From Spirochaetia bacterium (lineage in GTDB: Bacteria > Spirochaetota > Spirochaetia > DSM-16054 > Sediminispirochaetaceae): DNA of 64,000 nucleotides. Position numbers and translations under genes: made by a program. The notes beneath the pieces are model-generated. The model saw nothing but the letters and a program-made list of their open reading frames with translations. It had not been told where the DNA came from and did not search any database. Shown here one piece after another: positions 41,429-52,584 of this stretch (its first letter is position 1; the number at the start of each line of letters is the position of its first letter). The stretch is taken from NCBI GenBank assembly GCA_034520965.1, contig JAXHMY010000003.1:544001-608000 (forward strand), read 5' to 3'.

Positions 41429-41995
41429 TCAACCCTTTGCCCGAAAAGTCTCCGACAGGTCCAGCTCGAACCCCTGTAGGGCCGCCACCCCCGGCCGGTC
41501 TTCGGGACCGTACGCGCCCATGCGTTCGAAACGCTCTCCGTTATGGCGGTAGATTTCCACCACCTGCTCGTCCGGATCGACAATCCAGTATTCGCGTACC
41601 CCGTACCTCTCGTAAAGAGCAAACTTCTGCTTTCTGTCCTTTCTTCCTGAAGCAGGAGAGACTATCTCGACTATTAGGTCCGGCGCTCCCTGCATACCCC
41701 ACTCAGTGAGCTTGTCCCCGTCACAGCAGAGGACCACATCCGGCTGTACCACCGTTGGTGCGTCATCTTCATCCTCTTCGGTTAGTTTCACATCAAAGGG
41801 TGCGGCAAATACCTCGCAGCCGGAATCTTTGCTTGCATTTGCAAATTGCCGTACGAATTCCACCAGTATCTGCTGGTGATTTCGTGAAGGGGCGGGACTC
41901 ATGTCCCAGGCCACTCCATCGATGAGTTCCCACCGCTCTTCTTCCGGCCATGAGCGATAATCTTCCCAACTGTATCGTTCTATAATGCCCCCCAC
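41429..41995 (-). CDS. Uma2 family putative endonuclease
   Basis: WELIDG, VQPD, PDLIVEIVSP and GVREYWIVDP motifs. Confidence 0.93.
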   Translation of the reverse strand: MGGIIERYSWEDYRSWPEEERWELIDGVAWDMSPAPSRNHQQILVEFVRQFANASKDSGCEVFAAPFDVKLTEEDEDDAPTVVQPDVVLCCDGDKLTEWGMQGAPDLIVEIVSPASGRKDRKQKFALYERYGVREYWIVDPDEQVVEIYRHNGERFERMGAYGPEDRPGVAALQGFELDLSETFRAKG

Positions 41996-42075
41996 TTATA
42001 GTAGAGTATATCAGAAAACTCCTGTCGGCGGTAGGCTGAGAACCTGATATGATCAGCAATTCAATCTTGCCTTAG

Positions 42076-42993
42076 CTACCCGGCCATCCACGTCACCCAC
42101 AGGGGCAGGGTAAGCAGGGATGCTATCGAAGAAATAAATATCACCGTAACAGTCAAGGAGCGGTCCAGGGGATACATCGAGCTCAGGGCAAAGGGCGTTA
42201 CCGCCAAGGGCATCGCCGCCTCAAGCACCGTCACCTGGTACATTTCAATACTGTTCAGCCTCCAGGCTACCAGATAAAAAAGTGCCGGTACAATAAACAG
42301 CCGCACCGCCGATACCGCCAGGGCGGGCCTCCAAATTGAACGCAGTGGGATTTTTCGGGCCAGAAACACCCCCAAACTCACCAGCACTACCGGCGAGGCC
42401 GACTGGGAAATCATATCCAGGGCTGCGTGCACTGCAGCGGGAACCTCCCAGCCCAGGGCAAACACAAGCACGCCCAATACAATGGCTACGATAAAAGGGT
42501 TGCGCAGAATACCGTAGGCAATCTGCAGCAGAGACTCGCGCTGATGCCGCCGTACCTCCAAAAGCAAAATCCCCAGCGAAAACAACACCAGCACATAGAT
42601 CGAAATAATAATGGTCGTCTCCGGCCCCTTCCCCGGATACACCCTGCTAATCAAGGGATAGCCCAGGTAGGCTACATTCCCGAAGATAGCCGCCACCATA
42701 ATTGCATTCGCCCGCTCACGGGGCAGTTTCAACAGAATAGACACCCCTAACGCCCCCAGCATAATCAGAACCAGCAAAAGTCCGTTCACAAGAAACACTT
42801 CCGCCTTTTCCGCCACATCCTCGGGAACCAGACTAATCAAATTCAGGAAGATAAGTGAGGGAAATCCGATATACAGGCCGTAGCGGTTCAGCACTTCCAC
42901 CCAGGTATCATCGGCAACCTTCGTGATCTTTAAGACAGATCCAACTCCAATCAACAGAAAAATGGGCACAATCAGTTTAAATATTTCAAGCAT
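42076..42993 (-). CDS. AEC (auxin efflux carrier-like) transporter
   Basis: GNVAYLGYP, NPF and EAAMP motifs; about 10 TM helices. Confidence 0.88.
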   Translation of the reverse strand: MLEIFKLIVPIFLLIGVGSVLKITKVADDTWVEVLNRYGLYIGFPSLIFLNLISLVPEDVAEKAEVFLVNGLLLVLIMLGALGVSILLKLPRERANAIMVAAIFGNVAYLGYPLISRVYPGKGPETTIIISIYVLVLFSLGILLLEVRRHQRESLLQIAYGILRNPFIVAIVLGVLVFALGWEVPAAVHAALDMISQSASPVVLVSLGVFLARKIPLRSIWRPALAVSAVRLFIVPALFYLVAWRLNSIEMYQVTVLEAAMPLAVTPFALSSMYPLDRSLTVTVIFISSIASLLTLPLWVTWMAG

Positions 42994-43131
42994 AACCCCA
43001 CTACTATATGTCCTCTTGCGGGTAAGGTAAAGCGGTATCTTTCAACGCGGTACCTTTCAATTAAAGATAGATTGCTTTTAGCCAAATATGGGGTACAATA
43101 ATTATATAGATTAACGTAAGGAGGAACATCA

Positions 43132-43605
43132 ATGAAGTTGGAAGATTCGTCAGGAACAGTCACCGAGGCAAGGAGTCCAAAGGATATCGAGAGCCTTATC
43201 GACAAAGTAGGAAAAGGGATAGACCACTGTATTCTCAGCGATGGCGATGCCTATATACAGACAGCCGCCTCCGGATCCGGCCTGCTGGTCCAATACGGTG
43301 ATTCCTCGGGAAATTACGAGGGTATAGACCCCAGCCTTCCTCCCCAGACCGTAAAGAAGATGTTCACCGCCTTCTTTCAACATGACGAGTCCTGGAAGAC
43401 ACACACAGCCTTCTCGCAGATAGGCGAGGCAAAGCCTGCTTCTGCAGCTTCCTCTCCGGCCGGAGCATCCCAAGCTGCCGAATCTCCCGGAAGCAGAGAG
43501 GACCTTAAAAATAGCGTGATAAATTCGGTAAAGCGGGAAGCCCAAACCTCCTTTTCATATATGATTCGACGTGTCCTGCGCAGGTTTATCCGAAGAATAT
43601 TTTAG
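43132..43605 (+). CDS. Hypothetical protein
   Basis: AAGGAGG RBS; 157-aa ORF. Confidence 0.65.
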   Translation: MKLEDSSGTVTEARSPKDIESLIDKVGKGIDHCILSDGDAYIQTAASGSGLLVQYGDSSGNYEGIDPSLPPQTVKKMFTAFFQHDESWKTHTAFSQIGEAKPASAASSPAGASQAAESPGSREDLKNSVINSVKREAQTSFSYMIRRVLRRFIRRIF

Positions 43606-43615
43606 GAGTTCGAAT

Positions 43616-44722
43616 ATGAGTAAGTTACACATCCGCAGTACTCTCCTGCCTGTGTTGATGCTGCTGCTTCTATCCATTTCTCTCCCGAACATCTCCGCCC
43701 AGGAGCAGCTTTCGGATGGCTGGCTGCGCTTCACCCTCACAGGCCGAACATCCAAGCCCGACTGGACAGCCTCCTCGGTATTGGAATCGGATCAGCTGTA
43801 TCGGGACTCGCGCTACGGACCGGAAAAGGCACTGGACGGCGACCCTGCCACTGCCTGGGTAGAGGGGGTCCCCGGTCCGGGCCTCGGCGAGAGCTATGTA
43901 ATTGGTCTGCCCCACTATCCCGAAGCTATGGGATTCATAAACGGCTATGCAAAAAACCGGGGCCTCTTTGAAAAAAACTACCGGGTAAAAGAGCTAAGGG
44001 TGCAGGTTTTCGCAGGCCTCTCCGTCAGTGCTTTTGCAACCGAAATAGCCCAGTTTTTCGATGCCCGCCCGATAAGTGATTCACAGACTATCAAGCTTGC
44101 CGACATAATGGAAGCTCAGCGAACCGAACTGCCCTTCGATCGCAGCCGCATACTCGCCCGTATGCGTGAGTTCCGCAACTCCGAGGAAGTACGTTCGTGG
44201 GACTTCCCCCAAGCCGCAGAAATGGGGGCCGACGGCAGCGAAGGACTGTCAGTCTCTTTTCGCTACCTTATCCGTTTAGAGATAGCCGACACCTACCCCG
44301 GATCCAAGTGGGAGGACACCTGCATCGCAGAACTCTGGCCGGATTACGGCAGGGCCTCGAAAGCCTCCGTATCGCAGGACGACAAGAGCCTTGTTATTAC
44401 CGATGGTGCGGGTGAACAGATCCCCACCTACTCCGACTTTGAATACGTACTTACCCTGGTAGAGACGAGCCGCAACAAGGAGTGGGCGATAGTAATTAAG
44501 GAGCCCGCCTATGCTGATGAGGGCCGGATATCCAGCACCTACGCAGTAATCCACACTCCCACCGGACGGGATATGAGCCAACGCATCTTTGGCCCCTCCG
44601 CCGAAAAGCTCGGCGCCGGCCTACTGCCCACCGGCTTCACCCGGGAGCAGGGCACCACTTACTTGGAGTATGAGGATTTCGAACAGGGCGAAACTAAACA
44701 GACTCCACTTAGTCTTTATTGA
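43616..44722 (+). CDS. Secreted protein with a discoidin-like glycan-binding domain
   Basis: Signal peptide; ASS.L..Y.PEKALDGDPATAWVEG, INGY.K and DTCIAE motifs. Confidence 0.7.
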   Translation: MSKLHIRSTLLPVLMLLLLSISLPNISAQEQLSDGWLRFTLTGRTSKPDWTASSVLESDQLYRDSRYGPEKALDGDPATAWVEGVPGPGLGESYVIGLPHYPEAMGFINGYAKNRGLFEKNYRVKELRVQVFAGLSVSAFATEIAQFFDARPISDSQTIKLADIMEAQRTELPFDRSRILARMREFRNSEEVRSWDFPQAAEMGADGSEGLSVSFRYLIRLEIADTYPGSKWEDTCIAELWPDYGRASKASVSQDDKSLVITDGAGEQIPTYSDFEYVLTLVETSRNKEWAIVIKEPAYADEGRISSTYAVIHTPTGRDMSQRIFGPSAEKLGAGLLPTGFTREQGTTYLEYEDFEQGETKQTPLSLY

Positions 44723-45883
44723 AGTCTCGCTTTACCTGCATTTGGAACTCCTCATCCAGGAAAAAATCCACTGCTGTAGCAGCCATCGCTTTAGCGGCAA
44801 GGATCATAGTGCGGTGCCCCTGCTCGGATACAGCCGCATCGGCAAACTTCCGGGAATGATAGATGAGGGAGCTGTCCCCAATTTCCAGATAGGGATGAAT
44901 GGAAGGGGTAATGTGGCTCACATTTCCCATATCAGTGAATCCGATGTCATCCATCGGCTCGTTCTCTTTAAAGACCACTCCTAAGGATTCAATGTTCCGC
45001 TGAAAAGATTCTGTGAGAGGCCGGTTTGTCTTGAGTGTTTTATACGCACCGCCGCGCTCGTGAAAATTAAGGATAGCCCCGGTTGCAGAGGCTGCACCGG
45101 CGGCACAATCCCTTACCTTCTTTACCATCTGCGTGCAGTACTCATCATCAAGGGAGCGCACATAAAAAAGTGCTGATGAGTGATCCGGCACTATATTTGG
45201 GGCTTTGCCCCCATCAGTATTATGCCGTGGACTCGGACATCTGTGCGCATATGCTGGCGAAGGGCGTTGATATTATTGAAAGTCTGGATAGCCGCATCCA
45301 GCGCGTTAATCCCCTTCTCCGGCGAACTGGCGGCATGGGCGGCTTTCCCAATAAACTCTATCTCCACAATCCGGCTTGCCATTGCGTACTTCCAGAGTTG
45401 GTTTTGCGGGGATGGATGAAACATCATCGCCGCATCAACCTCGTCAAACACCCCCCGGTCGGCCAGCAGTATTTTTCCGCCGCCCCCCTCTTCTGCCGGG
45501 GTGCCTATAAGCTCTACGATACCCGGCAGAGTCTCAAATGCAGTGGCAATCGCTAGTGCCGCACCTAGTCCGGCGGTACCTATTAGGTTGTGACCACAGG
45601 CGTGGCCAACCTCAGGCAGGGCGTCGTATTCCGATAAGAAAGCTAACACCGGTCCATTGTGTTTACCTCGGTACACCGCCTTGAAGGCTGTATCCACATC
45701 TGAAATCTGTCTAGTTATCTCAAACCCGAACTCCTCCGCAGTTCCAGACAACAAATTAGATGCAAAATACTCTTCAAAATTAGTTTCAGGATGAGCATGG
45801 ATCTGTGTGGATATGTCTATCAGCCGCGGGGTCAACTCATCAATCGCCATATACACAGACTGTTTCTGATCTTCAACCTTCAT
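44709..45883 (-). CDS. M20 amidohydrolase (AbgB/PM20D2-like), frameshift near 45200
   Basis: EYDALP..GHACGHN, GTPAEEGGGGK, HAASSPEKG and TDMGNVS motifs. Confidence 0.9.
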
Positions 45884-45908
45884 CTAAGTAATAGCCTCCC
45901 TCAAGCCT

Positions 45909-46887
45909 TTACACATACAAATGGCACTTCACCACAGAACCGTCGGAAGTCTCTACACTGGGCGGTTCTGTTTCCTCGCATATTTTTCCAATTTTACGAG
46001 GACAACGAGGATGGAATCTACAGCCATGTGGCGGGTTGATCGGGCTCGGCACTTCTCCATGCAACACTTTTCTCTTCGGACCCTCCGGTTCCAATCGAGG
46101 TATCGAATCCAACAGGGCTTTGGTATAGGGGTGTTTGGGATTGGAAAAAAGAGTTTTTGTGTCGGCATTTTCCATAATCCAGCCCAGGTACATTACAGCT
46201 ACCCTATCGCTCACATGTTTCACCACACTCAAATCGTGGGCAATAAAAAGGTATGAAAGGTTAAGTTTCTCCTGTAAGGATAACAGTAAATTTATAATTT
46301 GAGCCTGTATGCTCACATCCAAAGCCGTTACCGGTTCATCACAGATAATAAACTCAGGGTCCACCGAGAGGGCGCGTGCAATGCCAACCCGCTGCCGCTG
46401 TCCTCCGGAAAGCTCGTGGGGATAGCGGTTGATGAAGCGTTTGGGTATGCCGGTCATATCCATTACTTCCAGCAAGCGGTCCTCGTAGTCTTTCCGATAA
46501 AGATACTTGTGAATATGAAAGGGCTCGCTGATGATCTGCCCGACAGTCTTTCGACGGTTGAGGGAAGTGCTGGGATCCTGAAAGATCATCTGAATACTGC
46601 GTCGAAGCACTTTCTCATTCTTGCGGTTTACTCCAAATACAGTTTTGTTCTTATATAGCACTTGTCCCTCGGTGGGCTGCAGTCAAATTTGCGATGAGCC
46701 TCCCAACAGTAGACTTGCCTGAACCCGACTCCCCCACCAGGCCGAGGGTCTGGCCGCGTCCAAGAGAAAAACTCACCGAATCTACGGCCTGCACACTCCT
46801 GCGATCAAAAATCTGGGAAAACCAATCTCCCCCTACGGGAAAATGTTTTTTCAAATCTCTTACCGACAATAGTTGTTCATTCGGCAT
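45909..46887 (-). CDS. Oligopeptide ABC ATPase (DppF-like), frameshift near 46665
   Basis: [17 protein letters not shown] and GCRFHPRC motifs. Confidence 0.9.
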
Positions 46888-47864
46888 AATCGAGCTCCCT
46901 TGCGCGGATACAGGCTACCTTATGTGATGCATACAGCTTCCTCCAAACCGGGATCGGTTCCATTACACTCGTCCTTGGCATACACACAACGAGGTGCAAA
47001 ATTGCATCCCGGAGGAAGATTTATCAGGTCGGGCACTTCACCCTTAATCGAGAAGAGATTATCAGTAACCGCCTCATCAATACGCGGAATCGAGCGCATG
47101 AGGCCACGTGTGTAGGGATGCAGCTGTCGCTTAAACACATCTTTTACCGTTCCCTGTTCAATTATTCTTCCCGAATACATCACCGCTATTTTATCGCAGC
47201 TATTAGCCACTACTGACAAATCGTGGGTTATGAGTATAATGCCCATGTCCAGTTCATGTTTAAGTGAATCGATCAGTTCAAATATCTGCGCCTCAATGGT
47301 CACATCCAGAGCAGTGGTTGGCTCATCGAGGATCAGCAGTTTCGGGTTGGCGCTGATAGCCATGGCAATTAACACCCGCTGTCGCATTCCACCGCTAAAC
47401 TCATGCGGATAGTTCCCGTAGCGTTTATGGGGTTCGGGAATTCCCACCAATTCAAGCAGCTCTATTACTCGTTTTTTCAGCTGCTCCTTCGTTAACTTGG
47501 TATGATAGCGCAAAACCCGGCGTATCTGGTCACCAACAGTAATAGTAGGATTAAGCGAGCTGAGGCTGTCCTGAAAGACCATGGCAATACTGCCCCCTCG
47601 AATGGAAGTCATTTCGTTTTCGCTCTTTTTCAGTAAATCCTCATCCTCGAAAAAGATGCTTCCGCTCTCGATTCTACCAGGATTCTCGACCATCCCCATT
47701 ATTGTCATTGCCGTGACTGTCTTTCCGGAACCGGATTCTCCCACAATACCAAGGGTCTCTCCCTTCTTTAGTGTGAGGGTTGTTCCGTCCACCGCTCGCA
47801 CCACACCATATTCCGTATAAAATCGAGTAAACAGGTTTTCCATATGCAACAAATTTTCACTCAT
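46877..47864 (-). CDS. Oligopeptide ABC ATPase (DppD-like); C-terminal frameshift near 46930
   Basis: [16 protein letters not shown] and GCNFAPRC motifs; HKVAC tail lies in an adjacent frame. Confidence 0.9.
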
Positions 47865-47877
47865 GCTTCCATCCTGC

Positions 47878-48843
47878 TCATTGCTGAATTCTACGGGATT
47901 GCCGCGGATCCAAAGAATCCCGCAGCCCATCTCCCAGAAAGTTAAATCCGAGAATAGCTGTCGAGATAAAGAGCCCCGGCACCACTGCATACCACCAACT
48001 TCCACTAAAGAGAAAATCCCGGGATTCGTTCAACATAACCCCCAAACTCGCATGCGGGGGCTGCAGCCCCAATCCAAGAAAACTAAGTGAAGCGCTTATC
48101 AATACCGTTTCAGCCATCATTAATGAGGCCTGGACCAAAATCGGGGGGATTGTATTTATAAAAATTTCTTTGACGATTATTCGAGTATCCGAGGCCCCGA
48201 TCACCTTGGCCGCAGCCACATAATCTTCGCTCACCTCCTGCAACACTACACTCCGCATTACCCGTGCAAAGCGGGGGGAGTAGGTAATAGCGATTACCAT
48301 CATGATTTTGAACATGTTCGAAACGGAAACCCCGAAAATAACCGTTTCCCCTATGCCGAAGGCTCCGATCAATGCAATCGCCAGCACTATCGCCGGAAAG
48401 GAGAGCATTATATCCACCACCCGCATAATAAGCTCGTCTATCCAGGTACCGCGGTGGTATCCTGCCAGAGCGCCCATCACCACTCCCAAAAGAAAAGAAA
48501 TTCCGATTGCTCCCACCGCCAGATTTAGCATTGACCTGGTTCCGTAGAAAGCCCTGGACAAAATATCGCGGCCATATCTGTCGGAGCCCAGTAGAAACAA
48601 GTGACCATCTTCGCTTCTCTCCAGAGGAGGCAAAGGATTATGCTCTCCCGCGGGAGCTTTAAACTGCTCTACCGGATTTACCGGAGACAGCAGGGGTGCA
48701 AACAGAGCGATAATAATAAACACCAGTACAATGCTTCCGCCTATTACCGAGAGCCTGTTTTTACTGAAATTTTTCCAGATTTCCTTGACGACTCCACGGT
48801 GGCGGGCAGCGGTCAACTGGACAGTTGCTTTTGCTTGATTCAT
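47878..48843 (-). CDS. Oligopeptide ABC permease (DppC-like)
   Basis: LGSDRYGRD, SLSFLGLG and GDGLRDSLDP motifs. Confidence 0.92.
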   Translation of the reverse strand: MNQAKATVQLTAARHRGVVKEIWKNFSKNRLSVIGGSIVLVFIIIALFAPLLSPVNPVEQFKAPAGEHNPLPPLERSEDGHLFLLGSDRYGRDILSRAFYGTRSMLNLAVGAIGISFLLGVVMGALAGYHRGTWIDELIMRVVDIMLSFPAIVLAIALIGAFGIGETVIFGVSVSNMFKIMMVIAITYSPRFARVMRSVVLQEVSEDYVAAAKVIGASDTRIIVKEIFINTIPPILVQASLMMAETVLISASLSFLGLGLQPPHASLGVMLNESRDFLFSGSWWYAVVPGLFISTAILGFNFLGDGLRDSLDPRQSRRIQQ

Positions 48844-48855
48844 TTCACTATTCTC

Positions 48856-49818
48856 CTACTCAGAACTGGTGTACTGGATCCGCGGGTCGAGTTTTGCATA
48901 AGTAAGATCCACTCCGAGGTTCACCACTATTCTCACCAGTACAATGATGAGTACCACCGCCTGTATCACCGGAAAGTCTCGTCGAAATACCGCGTTCAAC
49001 ACTAAATTACCGATTCCAGGTAGCCGAAACACACTCTCGGTTACTACTGAGCCCCCCAATAAATATCCGATCGAGTTGCCTATTACAGTAACCACCGGTA
49101 TCAGTGCATTCTTCACGATATCCCGGACAACCACGTCCGACCTTTTAATGCCCATCGCACGGGAAGTACGCACATAATCCTTACTCATCACATCGAGCAT
49201 CGACGAGCGCATCATTCGCATAACAATTGCCGAGTATGATGAGCCGAGGGCGAGGCCCGGCAGCAGCATCCTTTGTAAATTCGGGCCCAGCCCATCGCTT
49301 AGAGGAACAAAACCTCCGGCTCCCCAACTTTTCATGAATATCACACCAAACAGGAGGATTAATAAAATACCCTTGAAAAAATTTGGTATCGATATGCCTA
49401 CCAAGGCGAAGACCCTGGCTGCATGATCGATGGGTTTGTTTTGTTTAAGAGCCGAGATAATGCCGGTGGGAATTGCAATCAGCAGGGCCACCACCATTGC
49501 AAAGACTACCAGCTCCAGGGTAACCGTGAAGCGCTCGGCAATCAGATTCGCCACCGGAGCTCCTCTTTGAACACTAATTGACATCCCGAAATCACCGCGC
49601 AGTACATTTCCAAGCCACATAAAATATTGCTCGTGCAGTGGCAGGTCGAGTCCCAACCGTTGCTGCATCTTTTCAACTAAGGCTTGGTCTTGAATCGGAC
49701 CCAACATAACGCGGACGGGATCTCCCGGGGCAATATGCACCAATAAGAAGATGATAATACTGGCGACGATGAGGGTCGGAATTGCCATCATAAATCTTTT
49801 TAAAATATAGATGCTCAC
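48856..49818 (-). CDS. Oligopeptide ABC permease (DppB-like)
   Basis: PGDP, GLDLPL, RDFPVIQ and LDPRI motifs; GTG start after AAGGAG. Confidence 0.92.
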   Translation of the reverse strand: MSIYILKRFMMAIPTLIVASIIIFLLVHIAPGDPVRVMLGPIQDQALVEKMQQRLGLDLPLHEQYFMWLGNVLRGDFGMSISVQRGAPVANLIAERFTVTLELVVFAMVVALLIAIPTGIISALKQNKPIDHAARVFALVGISIPNFFKGILLILLFGVIFMKSWGAGGFVPLSDGLGPNLQRMLLPGLALGSSYSAIVMRMMRSSMLDVMSKDYVRTSRAMGIKRSDVVVRDIVKNALIPVVTVIGNSIGYLLGGSVVTESVFRLPGIGNLVLNAVFRRDFPVIQAVVLIIVLVRIVVNLGVDLTYAKLDPRIQYTSSE

Positions 49819-49881
49819 CAATAACTCCTTTGAAGGCTGAGACGGGAACATATTCCCCGTCTCAGCCGCTGCGTATTGCTT

Positions 49882-51570
49882 TTATTCGGAAAAGTTGTTG
49901 ATATGACGAAGATTCACAATACCGATTGAACTTAGGCCGTCACCATAGCCTTTTAAGTCTTGGTCCCATGCAAACAGGCTGTCTACTATCATCAGGTCAA
50001 TTCCGACTACCTTTTCAACAACCATTTCCTGCAGTTCCCACACCATCTCTTTACGCTTCTCTGGGTCGGTTTCCTTGATGGCCTGCTTATGCAGCTCAAC
50101 CCACTCCTCGTGGCCAGGAACACTTTCGTGATACAGGTCACGTAGATCTGGGGCGGCATGGTGCCAATGGTTCGGGCTCCAGTTGTTCCAAGGGTAGTTA
50201 AATCCCAAATAGGACAGTACCGAGAAATCACTGAATACCCAGTCTTCAACCAGAATGTCCCAGTCGTTGCTCTCGTACATGGTGTCAAACAGGGTGGCTT
50301 TATCCACCGGAACTACCTCGGACTCGACACCGTATTTGCGCAGCTGCTCTTGTATAATGGTAGCCATATCGACAAACCATTGGGCATTAGTAGCCTGCAT
50401 CTCAAAACTCAAACCTCCATCTGCAAATCCGGCCTTCGCCAGATGCTCCTTTGCCAATTCCGGATCATAGGGTTTCATTTTTTTCAATTTTGGAGAGGTC
50501 CACTCACTATCAGGGTACCAGGGTCCCTTGGCAATAGTTGCCATGCCGTAGAAAAGCTGGTCGGCAATCGCCTCTCGATTGATGGCATGATAGAGAAACT
50601 TCCTTACGTGATACGCCCTTTCTATCTCCTCCTCATCACCAATTTGGTCTTCGGAAATTCCGATCGGCGGATTGCTCAGGTTAAGATAGAGTATCTGCAG
50701 CGCGGTTCCCGGCATTCTTTTGGTTTCAATGTCGGGCATATTCTTTATCGTTTCATAATCTCTGAAAGGGACCTTATCAATTATATCAACCGAGCCTGAA
50801 ATCAAAGCCGAAAGCTTGGCCGAAGGATCGCCTATAAACTCAAAAATCACCTGATCCGCCTGCTGCACATCCTCGTCCCAGTAGTTTTCGTTTTTCTCCA
50901 GAACAATTCTAGAGCCGCTTCGCCAGCTGGCAAACTTATAGGGTCCGGTTCCAATTGGAGCTCTGGTTAAGTCGGTTCCCGGCTTTCCACCTACCCCCTT
51001 TTCCTCGGTGCGTTTACCATGGGAGCCCTCCGGCACAACTCCGAACATAGAAGTTCCCGCCCACATTGCCAGTGCGTGGGGTGTAGGACTCTCGAAGGTA
51101 ACTTCAAGGGTATAATCGTCCAGTATGTTTATATCGCTTACCGGACCGATCTGCCCCTTCCACGGAGCATCGTTATCCTCATTAAGCTGCCACTCCAGGT
51201 TATACTTTACATCCGCCGCGGTAAAATCACTACCGTCGTGGAACTTTACCCCCTCACGCAAGTACAAAATAAGAGTCTTGTTTTCGTTTTTCCATTCGTA
51301 CTCCTTTGTAAGCGAGCCTTCCGTAGTCAATTGATTCTCTTCGTTGTACTCGATTATCGGGTCGTAGATATTTTTGAGCAGATGGTACGAGCCGGTATCT
51401 GTCGCAGTAGCGGGGTCTAGATCCCAGGGCTCAGTAGAAATTCCTACCTTCAGTTCCGTCAACTCGTCTTGCCCCTCAGCTGTGCCGCTTGCTTCGCCTT
51501 GCCCCCCGGCAAAGCTGAAAGCAAGCACACCCAATGACAGAATAAGGATACTCACAACTCTTCTTAACAT
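49882..51570 (-). CDS. Family 5 ABC substrate-binding protein (DppA-like)
   Basis: LREGVKFHDG and PIGTGPY motifs. Confidence 0.92.
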   Translation of the reverse strand: MLRRVVSILILSLGVLAFSFAGGQGEASGTAEGQDELTELKVGISTEPWDLDPATATDTGSYHLLKNIYDPIIEYNEENQLTTEGSLTKEYEWKNENKTLILYLREGVKFHDGSDFTAADVKYNLEWQLNEDNDAPWKGQIGPVSDINILDDYTLEVTFESPTPHALAMWAGTSMFGVVPEGSHGKRTEEKGVGGKPGTDLTRAPIGTGPYKFASWRSGSRIVLEKNENYWDEDVQQADQVIFEFIGDPSAKLSALISGSVDIIDKVPFRDYETIKNMPDIETKRMPGTALQILYLNLSNPPIGISEDQIGDEEEIERAYHVRKFLYHAINREAIADQLFYGMATIAKGPWYPDSEWTSPKLKKMKPYDPELAKEHLAKAGFADGGLSFEMQATNAQWFVDMATIIQEQLRKYGVESEVVPVDKATLFDTMYESNDWDILVEDWVFSDFSVLSYLGFNYPWNNWSPNHWHHAAPDLRDLYHESVPGHEEWVELHKQAIKETDPEKRKEMVWELQEMVVEKVVGIDLMIVDSLFAWDQDLKGYGDGLSSIGIVNLRHINNFSE

Positions 51571-51596
51571 TTCACATCCCTCCTTTTTATTTTAAT

Positions 51597-52349
51597 CTAC
51601 TTCCTGTCTTGAGATTCACTCATAGCTTCATCATAGGAAGTAGTAAACCACTCAGTCTCCGGATCCCTTTTTTTAAGGAAATCCGCTGCATGCTCCTTTC
51701 CTCGATACAGCTCTTTCTCCAGCACCAATAAAGCTGTTTCCAGATCTCTACTCGAAATTGCGTCAAAGAGCTCCGTCAGCTCTTTATGGGTAATAACCGA
51801 ATCGTCCCGGTATTTAAGGGATATCATTCCCAGCTTAAGGAACCTATCCATGTAATTCTCCAGGAGCGAATACAAATGAGTATTTCCGGAGATACGGGGA
51901 AAAAACAGGTGAATACTTTTTTCAAGCTCTAGAAAATTACGCTTGTCGCTCTCCCAATTCCTGAATTGAATTGCCTGTGCGTACTTTCCCATCTGGTTGA
52001 GTCGTTTTTTCATATCCCTTAAATACTTGTCCGTAATCAGTGGTAAGGCCAATTTAATAGCCAGTTTTTCATTTTCCAGACGTACCGGCAACAATTCGAG
52101 GTACTCCTCGTAGGAGATATAATTTACCCGAACGGACTTGCCGGCTTTCGCAACCCAACCGTCTCTGAGCAGCAGCTCAAGCGCCTGTCGTACGGGAGTT
52201 CTACTGACCGTCAGCATTCCCGCCAATTTTCTCTCATTTAGAACCTCACCCTGTTCAAGCTGATCGAACAGAATTGCATTTTTAATTTTCTTGTAAACCG
52301 CATACTTGATTGGTTCCGGCCGTTTAATAGCAAAATCTTCAAAGTCCAC
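51597..52349 (-). CDS. GntR/FCD transcriptional regulator
   Basis: VSRTPVRQAL HTH; SGN in the FCD domain. Confidence 0.88.
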   Translation of the reverse strand: MDFEDFAIKRPEPIKYAVYKKIKNAILFDQLEQGEVLNERKLAGMLTVSRTPVRQALELLLRDGWVAKAGKSVRVNYISYEEYLELLPVRLENEKLAIKLALPLITDKYLRDMKKRLNQMGKYAQAIQFRNWESDKRNFLELEKSIHLFFPRISGNTHLYSLLENYMDRFLKLGMISLKYRDDSVITHKELTELFDAISSRDLETALLVLEKELYRGKEHAADFLKKRDPETEWFTTSYDEAMSESQDRK

Positions 52350-52379
52350 GCTTCTATCCTATTTTTAGTAGTCTCTGCT

Positions 52380-52439
52380 TATGGGTTTTGGGATCCCAGA
52401 ACCCATATACAATTGTACACCCTATTTGACCCAGGTCAA
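52380..52439 (-). promoter_or_regulatory. Promoter TTGACC-16-TACAAT plus a 28-bp palindrome (probable GntR operator)
   Basis: TATGGGTTTTGGGATCCCAGAACCCATA at 52380-52407, one mismatched pair. Confidence 0.65.
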
Positions 52440-52584
52440 GAAAAAAAAACCGGTACTGCCGCGTTTCCTACACAGCACCACCGGCAACTTTGTTACAGAT
52501 CCTAAACTATTTTTCTCGGTACTGCCTTTTAAGCTCGCGAGGAAGGCATTCCAACAGCTTATAATTTTTCCCTAAATAGGGAGA

